Origin: Camelus ferus
Taxonomy: Eukaryota
Direction of reading: 5' to 3'
DNA: 64,000 nucleotides
NCBI RefSeq assembly: GCF_009834535.1
Contig: NC_045697.1
Coordinates: 40,488,001-40,552,000 of the forward strand
This document shows, in pieces, positions 39,400 through 50,670 of this stretch. Under the pieces are notes generated by a model. It searched no databases and had not been told where the DNA came from. It saw only the letters and a list, made by a program, of their open reading frames with translations. Each line of letters opens with the position of its first letter. Position 1 is the first letter of the stretch. Made by a program: the position numbers and the translations under genes.

Positions 39400-40100
39400 A
39401 TACTATTAACTAGACTATAGACTTTACTCAAATTTCACTCATTTTCACAAATACTCACTGTTGTGTATTGTTCTGTGGAATTTGATCATGCATTTGGATT
39501 CCACCACCACCAAACTCTGGGATAATATCCCTTTATGGTCACACCCTCCCTCTACCCCATCACTAACTCTAGCAACCACTGCTCTATTCTCCATTGATTT
39601 GATCTCTGTCATTTTGCTGTCTCAAGAATGTGATATACTTGAAATTATATAGTATGCTATCTTTTCAGACTGACTTTTTTCAGTTAGCATAATACCTTGA
39701 GATCTGTCCAGGTTGATAGGTATGTATTGATAATTCATCCCTTTGTATTTCACAGTAGTATTCCATTACATACATCTACCTCAGTCTGCTTATTCATTTA
39801 CCTTTTGAAGGACATTTGGGTTGTCTCCAGGTAGGAATACTACAATTAAAGCTGCTAAGAAAATTTGTATATAGGTTTTTGTGTTTTCATTTCTCTAGGA
39901 TAAATGCCCAAGAGTATAATTGCTAGGTGGAATGGTAAGTTTATGTTTAATTTTATAAGAAACTGAAATGCTGTTTTTCATAGTAATTTCCCCTTTTACA
40001 TTTCTACCAGCAATATGTAAGAGATCCAATTTCTCTGCATACTTGTCAGCATTTAATATCATCAGTATTTTCTCCCAGCTTAATTGTTGTGTAGTAAATT
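39400..40100 (-). mobile_element. Old L1M 3' region
   Basis: gaaggacatttgggttgtctccag...ggataaatgcccaagag...aagaaactg. Confidence 0.75.
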
Positions 40101-40751
40101 TTTTGAGATCAATGTAACCATTCCTTTTTCTGTCTGTCCAATTAAAAACTGAGGGTACATTTCCTCTAGCATGGTTGGTCTACATAAGAGCCCAAATATC
40201 ACTGTAAGAAGGAAAATACAGGACACAGATGTTCTCTTTTTTTTTTTTTATTGTAGCAATAGATAATTGGTACAGCAATCTTTTTGTTTGTACAGGAGGG
40301 TTTAAGAAAAAGAGACAAGAAGATCTGTAGAGAACTGGGGGGGGTGGTCTAGATAGACTTTTCTTTGTTTTTTTAATTTTAATATTTTTTATTGATTTAC
40401 AATAATTTTACAATGTTGTGTCAAATTCCAGTGTAGAGCTTGATTTTTCAATAATACATGAACATATATATATATTCATTGTCACATTTTTTTCTCTGTG
40501 AGCAACATAAGATCTTGTACATATTTCCCAGTGCTATACAATATAATCTTGTTTATCTATTCTACATTTTAAAATCTCAGTCTATCCCTTCCCACCCCCC
40601 GCCCCCTTGGCAATCACAAGTTTGTATTCTATGTCTATGAGTCTGTATCTGTTATGTTTTTGTTTTTTTTTTTTTTTTTAGATTCCACATATGAGCGATC
40701 ACATATGGTATTTTTCTCTTTCTGGCTTACTTCACTTAAAAAGACATTCTC

Positions 40752-42409
40752 GATTCCGGGAGAAGATGGCGGAGTAGAAGGGCGTTCGCAGCTCACCCTC
40801 TCCCACAAATACACCAAGACCCACATCTACAGACCCACTCAGCCAACCAGAGCATCTGCGGAACTCCGACAGAACATCGCCCTCTTCAAAAGATAAAGAC
40901 GCCAAAAATCTGGTAGGAGAAAAGGAAAAAAGAAAGAACAAAAGGCAAAGCAGCGCGGGACGGGTCCTGCGGGGAGGGAGCAGCAAAGGAGGACTGGCGC
41001 GCGCTCGCTGGGTCTTCCCTCTCCAACTGAGAGGCCAGCGGGATGGAGGGGGAGCCTCCGAGGCTCGGATATGTACAGAGCAGCCCTTGACTAACAGAAC
41101 TAAGTTAAACGGGCACAGAGCGTCCCCCCGACACCCAGCCTGAGACGCGGGCCGGCAGCAGCGGGCAGGGCCAGGCTGCACAAGCAGGGCGGAGGACGGA
41201 AGTGGCTGCACGGAGGCAGCCCCGGGGGAACGCAATGGGCTGCGCGCCGTGGCTGTGGGTGCACAGGGCAGAACAACCTGGGCCCTCCATAAAACAGCAC
41301 GGTTGATGTGCTCTCGGGGGAAGGGTGCACACCCCCATCTCTGAAAACCCGCATAAAGTTTTCGGGGGAAGAGAGGCGGGGCTCAGGCACAGCCGCCATA
41401 TCCTCCGCGCTGAGCACTCAGGCGGGGGCGGGGGCAAAACCTGCATCCGCACCTAAGGGCTTAGCAGCCTCAAAGGCCAGACTGAGACTGGCCTGCAGCC
41501 CGGGGCAGATAGGATCCTTCCATCCTGGTCCCTCAGAGAACTTGCTCCACAAAGACAAACAAGGAGCTGGATTTTGGCTCGGAGCAGGGACAGGTCTTCC
41601 CCGAGCCCACCTGCGGAGCGCCGACCAGGGTGGAGCGCGCAGCCGCACAGAGAGAGGAACTACCGGCAGCGCAGGGAGAGGGAGAGCGGCCCCCCGCCTT
41701 TCGGGCAGGAACACAGCCCCTGACCGAGGTGCTGGGAGGGGGCATGACCCGCCCTCTTACCCGGCCAGTCTGCAACATCTGACTGCGGCATCCGGAGGGG
41801 CAGCGACCCGCCCGCCCACAGCAGAGAGCTGCACCTGACCCAGTGTTAGGAGGAGGCGCGATCTGCTTGCTGACAGGTGCTGGGAACAGCACAGAAGAGG
41901 GCGCCAACGGAGGGCCTCTGAAAACAGCAAGCTGAGCTTCCAGAACAGGACGAAGACAGAAAGACTTCACATTAAAAGCACACAGACTCCAGAACACTGA
42001 CAAACTCCCCCCCCCTTTTTTTTTAAATCTGTTTTTACCTGTTCTATTTTCTATTACTCTCTTAATCTTTACTTCTTAATTCATTTCTATTTCTCTTGGG
42101 TTTTGATGTCCTGCTATTGATTAGACACAGGTTTCAAATACATCTATTCATCTCCCCCCCCCTTTTTTGTAAAGGTTTTAAAAGGACGTCTCAACCCGAT
42201 TAATACTCTGCTTCAACTCACTCTTCTATTATTCATTATACACTGTTTTCAAACCCTCTTTCTCCCTTCTTTTAAAATTCTTTCTCTCTCTCTCTTATTT
42301 TTTTTTCTTTTTTTCCTAAGTTCTATTCCTAAATAGGCATCAGATAGATAAAATCCTTAAGGACCAAAATAAACAACTGATACTCCATAAACCACAGTGC
42401 TAAATAGGT
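40752..42409 (+). promoter_or_regulatory. L1 5'UTR internal promoter; CpG island ~40750-41950; YY1-type motif aagatggcgg at 40763-40772
   Basis: High CpG density relative to the flanks; YY1 motif at the position typical of mammalian L1 5' ends. Confidence 0.85.
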
Positions 42410-43313
42410 ATGAGCAAGATGAAGAAGCAGAAAAACCTTTCCCAATTAAAAGAACAAGAGAAATCCCCTGAAAGAAAGATCAACGAAATAGACATTGATA
42501 GCCTACTAGACCAAGATTTCAAAAAAAGGAGTGATCGAATTGCTGAAGGAATTAAAAGAGATAGTGTTTAGAGATATAAAATATGTCAAAAATGAAATTG
42601 AAGCTATAAAGAAGAGCCAAGTAGAATGGTTAAACTCATTGACAGAGATGAGGAATGATCTAATAGCTGTGCAAAGCTGACTAGATAATGCAGAGGAACG
42701 AATTAGTGATCTAGAAGACAGGGCAATAGAAAGCACCCATTCAGAAGAAGTACAAGATAAGCAAATAAAAAACAATGAAAATAGCATAAGGGACCTATGG
42801 GATAATATAAAGCGTCCCAATCTTCGCATAATAGGGGTCCCAGAAGGAGAAGAAAGATCAAAGGGGATTGAAAAGGTTTTTGAAGAAATCATGACTGAAA
42901 ACTTCCCAAACTTAAAGAAGGAATCAGATATCCAAGTACAGGAAGCTCAGAGGGTCCCAAACAGGAAGAACCCAAATAGACCCACACCAAGACATATCAT
43001 AATCAAGATGACCAGAGTCAAGGATAAAGAAATGATTCTAAAGGCAGCAAGAGAAAAGCAAAGAGTAAGTTACAAGGGAACCCCCATAAGGCTCTCAGCT
43101 GATTTCTCTACACAAACACTACAGGCCAGAAGGGAGTGGCAAGATATATTCAAAGCCCTGAATGAAAAAAAGATGCAGCCTAGGATCCTTTATCCAGCAA
43201 GGCTATCCTTGAGGATAGAAGGAGAAATAAAGAGTTTCACAGACAAAAAAAAGCTGCAGGAGTTTAGCAACACTAAACCCATGCTAAAAGAAATATTGAA
43301 AGGGCTATTCTAA
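42410..43313 (+). pseudogene. L1 ORF1p, disrupted
   Basis: ATG at 42410 (MSKMKKQKNLSQLKEQ); +1 frameshift in the A7 run 42521-42527; in-frame TGA at 42678-42680; intact C-terminal part (RPTPRHII, ARREW, YPARLS). Confidence 0.92.
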
Positions 43314-43716
43314 ATAGAAAAGCAGCAGGATGCTACAGAAATGAGAAACACACAACTGGAAAGGTGATAACTCATGAATTACAAATAAAGTAAACATGAA
43401 ATTATAAAAGAAAAATACAAATCACTGAGAGTGGGAGAGGGAGGCAGGGAAATATAGAATATTTTTTTCTTTCTTTTTAAAATTTTTTTAACAGTAGGAT
43501 GGGTTTGAGATCATGTTACTATCAGTTTAATAAAAACAGTTATAGTAATGGGTTGATAGATTTACAAAAAAGGGTAACCACAAGCCAAAAATTTACAAAG
43601 GAGTCACAAAAATTAAATAAAATCCATGATAATACAAAGGAAAATTACCAAACCACAAAAGGAAGAAGAAAGGAACAAAGAGGATATACCAATTCAACTG
43701 CAAAGATAAGTTCAAA

Positions 43717-46700
43717 ATGGCAATAAACACACATCTATCATTAATTACTGTAAATGTTAATGGACTAAATGCTCCAGTCAAAAGACACAGAGTGGCAGAC
43801 TGGATAATAAAGCAAGAACCTTCAATATGCTGCATACAAGAGACCCACTTTAGGGAGAAGGACACATATAGATTGAGAGTGAAAGGATGGAAAAGGATAT
43901 TCCATGCAAATGGAAAAGCCAAAAAAGCAGGTATTGCAGTACTGATTTCAGACAAAATAGACTTTAAAACAAAGGCCATAAAGAAAGATAAAGAAAGACA
44001 TTTTATAATGATTAAAGGAGTGATACAAGATGAGGATATTACACTCGTTAATATATATGCACCCAATATAGGAGCACCTAAGTACATACAAGAATTACTA
44101 ACAGAGATAAAGGGGGATATTGATGGGAATACAATCATAGTTGGAGATTTTAACACTGCATTAACATCACTAGACAGATCTTCCAGACAGAAAATAAATA
44201 AGGCAACAGAGAAATTAAATACTACAATAGAAAAACTAGATTTGGTGGATATTTTCAGAGCATTACACCCCCCAAAAATAGGATATACATTCTTTTCAAG
44301 TGCACATGGAACATTTTCCAGGATCGATCATGTACTTGGGCACAAAAGAAACCTCAACAATTTTAAGAAGATAGAAATTATCTCAAGCATCTTTACTGAC
44401 CACAATGCCATGAAACTGGAAATCAACAACAGAGAAACAAAGGAGAAAAAAAGGAAAGCATGGAGATTAAACAATATGTTATTGAAAAAACAATGGATCA
44501 ATGAGGAAATCAAAGCTGAAATTAAAAAATACCTTGAGACAAATGATAATGAAAGCACAACCACTCAAAACCTATGGGACACAGCAAAGGCAGTGCTAAG
44601 AGGGAAGTTTATAGCGATACAGGCCTTCCTCAAAAAAGAAGAACAATCTCAAATAAACAATTTAACCCACCACCTGAATGAATTAGAAAAAGAAGAACAA
44701 AAAGCCCCAAAAAGCAGCAGAAGGAAGGAAATAATAAAGATCAGAGAGGAATTAAATACAATAGAGATTAACAAGACCATAGAAAAAATCAACCAAACCA
44801 AAAGCTGGTTTTTTGAAAAAGTAAATAAAATCGACAAACCTCTGGGCAAACTCACAAAGAAGAAAAAAGAGAGAGCACAAATTAGCAAAATAAGAAAGGA
44901 AAATGGAGAAATTACAACAAACAAAATAGAAATACAGAATATCATACGAGAATATTATGAAAAACTATATGGAACCAAACTGGATAACCTAGAGGAGATG
45001 GACAAGTTTCTGGAAACATACTGTCCACCAAAACTGAATCAAGAAGAATCTGAACACTTGAACAATCCGATCACTAGAAAGGAAATAGAAATAGCAATTA
45101 AAAACCTCCCTACAAATAAAAGTCCAGGACCGGACGGCTTCATCGGGGAATTCTACCAAACATACAAAGAAGAACTCATACCAGTCCTTCTCAAACTCTT
45201 CCAGACGATTGAAAAGGAGGGATTACTCCCAAACTCATTCTATGAAGCCACCATCACCCTGATACCAAAACCAGGCAAAGACACTACAAAAAAAGACAAT
45301 TATAGGCCAATATCACTGATGAACATAGACGCCAAAATCCTCACCAAAATTTTAGCAAATAGAATCCAACAACACATAGAAAAGATTATACATCATGACC
45401 AAGTGGGGTTCATCCCAGGGACACAAGGCTGGTTCAACATACGCAAATCAATCAGTGTAATACATCACATCAACAAGAGAAAGGACAAAAACCACATGAT
45501 CATCTCAATCGATGCAGAAAAAGCATTTGATAAAATTCAACACCCATTTATGATAAAAACTCTCGCCAAAGTGGGTATAGAGGGAACATATCTCAACATA
45601 ATAAAAGCTATATATGACAAACCTACAGCCAGCATAGTACTCAACGGTGAAAAACTCAAAAGCTTCCCACTAAAATCTGGGACAAGACAAGGATGCCCAC
45701 GATCACCACTCCTATTCAACATAGTCCTGGAAGTCCTAGCCACAGCAGTCAGGCAAGAGAAAGAAATAAAAGGGATCCAAATTGGAAAAGAAGAGGTAAA
45801 AGTGTCATTATATACTGATGACATGTTACTATATATAGAAAACCCTAAAAGGTCCACACAAAAGCTACTAGAGCTGATTGAAGAATTCAGCAAGGTAGCA
45901 GGTTACAAAATTAACGTTCAAAAATCAGTTGCATTTCTTTACACTAACGATAAATCAATAGAAGAAGAAAGTAAAGAAACAATCCCCTTTAAAATAGCAC
46001 CCAAAGTAATAAAATATCTGGGAATAAATCTAACCAAGGAGGTGAAAGAATTATACACAGAAAACTATAAACCATTGATGAAGGAAATTAAAGAAGACTT
46101 TAAAAAACGGAAAGATATTCCATGCTCTTGGATTGGAAGAATCAATATTGTTAAAATGGTCACACTGCCCAAGGAAATCTACAGATTTAATGCAATCCCT
46201 ATCCAATTACCCAGGACATATTTCACAGAACTAGAACAAATCATAATAAAATTCATATGGAACCATCAAAGACCTAGAATTGCCAAAGCATTACTGAAGA
46301 GAAAGAAAGAGGCTGGACGAATAACTCTCCCAGACTTCAGACAATACTATAGAGCTACAGTCATCAAGACAGCATGGTATTGGTACCAAAACAGACATAT
46401 AGACCAATGGAACAGAATAGAGAGTCCAGAAATGAACCCACAAACTTTTGGTCAACTCATCTTTGACAAAGGAGGCAAGAATATACATTGGAATAAAGAC
46501 AGTCTCTTCAGCAAATGGTGTTGGGAAAACTGGACAGCAGCATGTAAATCAATGAAGCTAGAACACTGCCTTACACCATACACAAAAATAAACTCAAAAT
46601 GGATCAAAGACTTAAACATAAGACAAGATACAATAAACCTCCTAGAGGAAAACATAGGCAAAACATTATCTGACATACATTTCAAAAATTTTCTCCTAGA

Positions 46701-47559
46701 AGAAATAAAAGCAAGAATAAACAAATGGGACCTAATGAAACTTACAAGCTTCTGCACAGCAAAGGAAACCAGAAATAAAACAAGAAGAAAACCTACGGAA
46801 TGGGAGAAAATTTTTGCAAGTGAAACCGACAAAGGCTTGATCTCCAGAATATATAAGCAGCTCACACAACTCAATAAGAAAAAAATAAACAACCCAATCC
46901 AAAAATGGACAGAAGACCTAAACAAGCAATTCTCCAAGGAAGACATACAAATGATCAAAAAGCACATGAAAAAATGCTCAATATCACTAATTATCAGAGA
47001 AATGCAAATCAAAACTACAATGAGGTATCACCTCACACCAGTCAGAATGGCCGTCATTCAAAAATCCACAAATGACAAATGCTGGAGAGGCTGTGGAGAA
47101 AGGGGAACCCTCCTACACTGCTGGTGGGAATGCAGTTTGGTGCAGCCACTATGGAAAACAGTGTGGAGATTCCTCAAAAGACTAGGAATAGACTTACCAT
47201 ATGACCCAGGAATCCCACTCCTGGGCTTGTATCCAGAAGGAAATCTACTTCAGGATGACACCTGCACCCCAATGTTCATAGCAGCACTATTTACAATAGC
47301 CAAAACATGGAAACAGCCTAAATGTCCATCAACAGGTGACTGGATAAAGAGGTGGTGGTATATTTATACAATGGAATACTACTCAGCCATAAAAACGGAC
47401 AACATAATGCCATTTGCAGCAACATGGATGCTCCTGGAGAATGTCATTCTAAGTGAAGTAAGCCAGAAAGAGAAAGAAAAAATACCATATGAGATCGCTC
47501 ATATGTGGAATCTAAAAAACAAAAACAAAAACAAACAAACAAACAAAAACAAAGCGTAA
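43717..47559 (+). CDS. L1 ORF2p (APE endonuclease, reverse transcriptase, C-terminal cysteine-rich domain), 1280 aa
   Basis: NVNGLN, CIQETH, IVGDFN, SRIDH, FTDHN, QGCPRSP, YTDD and CWRGC...HCWWEC motifs. The last ~25 aa are read out of the usual frame after an extra A at 47477-47482. Confidence 0.97.
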   Translation: MAINTHLSLITVNVNGLNAPVKRHRVADWIIKQEPSICCIQETHFREKDTYRLRVKGWKRIFHANGKAKKAGIAVLISDKIDFKTKAIKKDKERHFIMIKGVIQDEDITLVNIYAPNIGAPKYIQELLTEIKGDIDGNTIIVGDFNTALTSLDRSSRQKINKATEKLNTTIEKLDLVDIFRALHPPKIGYTFFSSAHGTFSRIDHVLGHKRNLNNFKKIEIISSIFTDHNAMKLEINNRETKEKKRKAWRLNNMLLKKQWINEEIKAEIKKYLETNDNESTTTQNLWDTAKAVLRGKFIAIQAFLKKEEQSQINNLTHHLNELEKEEQKAPKSSRRKEIIKIREELNTIEINKTIEKINQTKSWFFEKVNKIDKPLGKLTKKKKERAQISKIRKENGEITTNKIEIQNIIREYYEKLYGTKLDNLEEMDKFLETYCPPKLNQEESEHLNNPITRKEIEIAIKNLPTNKSPGPDGFIGEFYQTYKEELIPVLLKLFQTIEKEGLLPNSFYEATITLIPKPGKDTTKKDNYRPISLMNIDAKILTKILANRIQQHIEKIIHHDQVGFIPGTQGWFNIRKSISVIHHINKRKDKNHMIISIDAEKAFDKIQHPFMIKTLAKVGIEGTYLNIIKAIYDKPTASIVLNGEKLKSFPLKSGTRQGCPRSPLLFNIVLEVLATAVRQEKEIKGIQIGKEEVKVSLYTDDMLLYIENPKRSTQKLLELIEEFSKVAGYKINVQKSVAFLYTNDKSIEEESKETIPFKIAPKVIKYLGINLTKEVKELYTENYKPLMKEIKEDFKKRKDIPCSWIGRINIVKMVTLPKEIYRFNAIPIQLPRTYFTELEQIIIKFIWNHQRPRIAKALLKRKKEAGRITLPDFRQYYRATVIKTAWYWYQNRHIDQWNRIESPEMNPQTFGQLIFDKGGKNIHWNKDSLFSKWCWENWTAACKSMKLEHCLTPYTKINSKWIKDLNIRQDTINLLEENIGKTLSDIHFKNFLLEEIKARINKWDLMKLTSFCTAKETRNKTRRKPTEWEKIFASETDKGLISRIYKQLTQLNKKKINNPIQKWTEDLNKQFSKEDIQMIKKHMKKCSISLIIREMQIKTTMRYHLTPVRMAVIQKSTNDKCWRGCGERGTLLHCWWECSLVQPLWKTVWRFLKRLGIDLPYDPGIPLLGLYPEGNLLQDDTCTPMFIAALFTIAKTWKQPKCPSTGDWIKRWWYIYTMEYYSAIKTDNIMPFAATWMLLENVILSEVSQKEKEKIPYEIAHMWNLKNKNKNKQTNKNKA

Positions 47560-49529
47560 ATAAAGGACAGAAATAGACTCACAGACAGAGAATACAGACT
47601 TGTGGTTACCAGGGGGGTGGAGGGTGGGAAGGGATAGACTGGGATTTCAAAATTGTAGAATAGACTACACTGTATAGCACAGGGAAATATACACAAAATG
47701 TTATGATAACTCACAGAGAAAAAAATGTGACAATGAGTGTGTATATGTCCATGAATAACTGAAAAATTGTGCTGAACACTGGAATTTGACACAACATTGT
47801 AAAATGATTATAAATCAATAAAAAATGTTTAAAAAATGCTGTAAATGGAGTATCAGTACAGATGGAAAGATTTTGTTGGTGGTGGTGATTTCTTAAAATA
47901 AAATAACTGAAAATAAAAAAATTAAAAAATAAAAAAAAAAAAGACACTCTCCAGGAATATCCATGTTGCTGCAAATGGCATTATTTTGTCGGTTTTCGTG
48001 GCTGAATAGTATTCCGTTGTATAAATATACAACCACTTCTTTATCCAGTCATCTGTTGATGGACATTTAGGCTGTTTCCATGTCTTGACTATTGTAAATA
48101 GTGCTGCTATGAACATTGGGGTGCAGGTGTCATTTTGAAGTAGGGTTCCTTCTGGATATATGCCCAGGAGTGGGATTCCTGGGTCATATGGTAAGTCTAT
48201 TCCTAGTCTTTTGAGGAATCTCCATACTGTTTTCCACAGTGGCTTTCCTTCCTTCCCTCTCCCACTCTTAATGATTTAGATGTCTTCTTTTACAATTTTG
48301 TGTTTATCCTATTTGTAATTCATGGTAGTTATCACCTTTCCAGTTATGAGTTTCTCATTTTTGTAGCATCTTGCTTCTATTTAGAGTAGACCTGTCAATA
48401 TTTCTTTTAGTATGGGTTTAGTGTTGCTAAACTTTTTTAGTTTTTGCTTGTCTGTGAAGTTCTTTATCTTTCCTTCTATTCTAAAGAATAGCCTTGCTGG
48501 ATAGAGTATCCTAGGCTGCATCTTTTTTTCATTCAGGACTTTGAATATATCTTGCCACTTCCTTCTGGCCTGTAGTGTTTGAGGACACAGATGTTCTTAC
48601 AGGCACTTTTATAAAGCTGTTTTGCCTGGCAGAAGATTCCCTTCACTTTAGATATTCCTTAATGAATCACAAGCACAGTCTATAAGATGAAATCATCCTT
48701 TGGCCATGAGCATCTAAAGAAAACGGCCCACTTCTAACCTCCTTCCTACAGCACGGTCACTTACCTTCTTTTGGACTTAACATTGCAACATGAGCCTGTT
48801 TCTTTCAACTTCCATTAACATGCTAATACCCAAGTGTACTGACTAATTTTCATTTATTGTATTTCAAGATGTTGGCTTCCTAAGGATGCTTGGATTCACT
48901 CTCACAGAACAGTAAACTACCTCTAAACTGTAAGATAATTCTAAACTTGTAAGTAATTAATCACAACCTTAGCAAGTAATTTTTTAAAGGTTATTTTAAA
49001 TATAAAAGCAGTACATGCTCACAGTAAATAACTCAGCGCAAATCTTGAGCTTGTCATTTCCTGGTGTGATTGTATTGCCCTTTTGCTGGAATTTTAATAT
49101 AGTTACCTGTTATCCTAAATTTTAGTGTCTGTTACACTTTGGTGTTACTTTACTCTATCCATGGTCTGATTGTGTTAAAACCCTAAATATAGGCTATGTA
49201 GATAATACATCGGTACTTGTTCAAATTCTAACCACACAAAATAGTATCTAATCACAAACTCAAAAAAAGTAATTGATAATATTCCAAATATAACTATGAG
49301 TTACTTCTGATCACTAGAGCTAGGCTTTCATCATAGCACAAATATGAGAAAAAGACTTAGAAAATGCTTTAAATTTCAAAACTGAATGTGATCTCTTAAA
49401 TTTAAATTGATTTACCTCAAAAACTAATATATTTCCTTTCTGAAAACATATTCATTACATTCAAACTTCCTTTATGATTAAGGTTGAGTACAGTGCCAAT
49501 TTTATTGAGTTAATTTGGCTGTATTTGTT

Positions 49530-49940
49530 ACAGGTTAAGAAAACCCAAAGCTAATACAAGATGGAAGTGTATTACTGTTTCATGTGAAAAGTCCAGACAT
49601 AGATGATCCAAGGTTAATAGGGCAACTCTGCCACCCTCATTATGAACCTTCCATCTCTGGGTCTAAAATGGCTGCTCCAGCACCCTCCATCATGACTGCA
49701 TTCCAGTTAATAAGAAAAAAGAAAGGAAAAGAAGTGTGCAGTACCCGTTTCTTTTAAGGGTATGACGTGGAACTGGCATACATCACTTCTGTTGCCATTC
49801 TGTTGTCAAGGACTTGGTCATAAGGGCACAGCTAGCTGCAAGTGAATCTGGGAAATACAGCCTCCAGATGTAAAGCAAGTGCCCAGCTATGACCTAGGAG
49901 TTTTAATATTAAAGAAAGAGGGGCAAGAGATATTGGTAGA
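49530..49940 (-). mobile_element. Old MLT1 LTR
   Basis: aaaatggctgctccagcacc...catcacttctgttgccattctgttgtcaaggacttggtca...agctgcaag. Confidence 0.65.
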
Positions 49941-50578
49941 CAACTTGCAATCTCTCCTGCAGTGACTAGTTTTTCCTCAGGTACAGCCAGCTTCCCATCC
50001 CTTCCTTCATTTCCACTATGTCACCAAGTCCAAATACAAATGCAATGAACTGGGAAACAGAGACTTTTGTCCCCAGAGATGCTATTCACATAATATAGAA
50101 TTCCAATGCTGCTTCTAGAGTCCAAAATCTGAAGTATACCCTCTTCCTCTAATATCTTGACAACATTCACTCATTTCTATTGGTAAGTGATTGCACTTCA
50201 GTGATAGAGGAATACGGATAGGAAAGTGTGGGAAAGTGTTTTTTTTAAAACAGTAGAAAGAAGTTTTGAGAGTAAAGTTTACGAGTTTTTTTCAACCTTC
50301 TCACATTGCCTAGCAGTATAGCAGTAGCAACAGAAGCCATGGTTGCAGTAATAGTAACAGTATTAGTAGTCATTGTAGTGTTAAATCAGAGTAATGGAAG
50401 ATGCCTTTTGTAGCACACTTGCTATGTGTCAGGTCTTCCCCTAAGTCATAAACCATTTTGTTGGATCCTCATAAAAGTCCTTTGCAGTAAATAATTTATC
50501 TCTTGAAAATGAACCTGAAGCAAAGTGAAGCATCTTGTCCCAAGTTGCATAGCAAATAAGTAATAAAGCTAGAATTTT

Positions 50579-50670
50579 TTTTTTAATGGAGGTACTGGCG
50601 ATTGAATCCAGGGCCTTATGCATGTCAAGCATGTTAGGCTCTACCACTGAGCTGTATCTACCCACCATCT
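50579..50670 (-). mobile_element. tRNA-Ala-derived SINE (vic-1-like) inserted in a MIR
   Basis: Similar to 2917-3003; TSD ctagaatttt at 50569-50578 and 50671-50680. Confidence 0.85.

Larger units (their letters stand above)
40752..47940 (+). mobile_element. Full-length young LINE-1 (~7.2 kb)
   Basis: CpG-rich 5'UTR, ORF1, 403-nt spacer, ORF2, 3'UTR, poly(A); TSD aaaaagaca(t/c)tctc at 40738-40751 and 47938-47951. Confidence 0.98.
40236..48581 (-). mobile_element. Internally deleted L1 copy (ORF1 3' end/spacer fused to ORF2 3' end + 3'UTR + extra tail), split by the nested full-length L1
   Basis: Exact 16-bp TSD aggacacagatgttct at 40220-40235 and 48582-48597; poly-T at 40237-40249; L1 pieces at 40361-40751, 47952-48244 and 48244-48581. 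Confidence 0.9.

Noticed and set aside
40732..42003. Long overlapping ORFs in the L1 5'UTR as an ORF0 equivalent
   Set aside because: Stop-poor GC-rich sequence gives ORFs in all frames, and several start at non-ATG codons. Nothing favours any one of them.
43593..47012. Antisense hydrophobic ORFs within L1 ORF2
   Set aside because: Expected by-product of the A-rich L1 coding strand.
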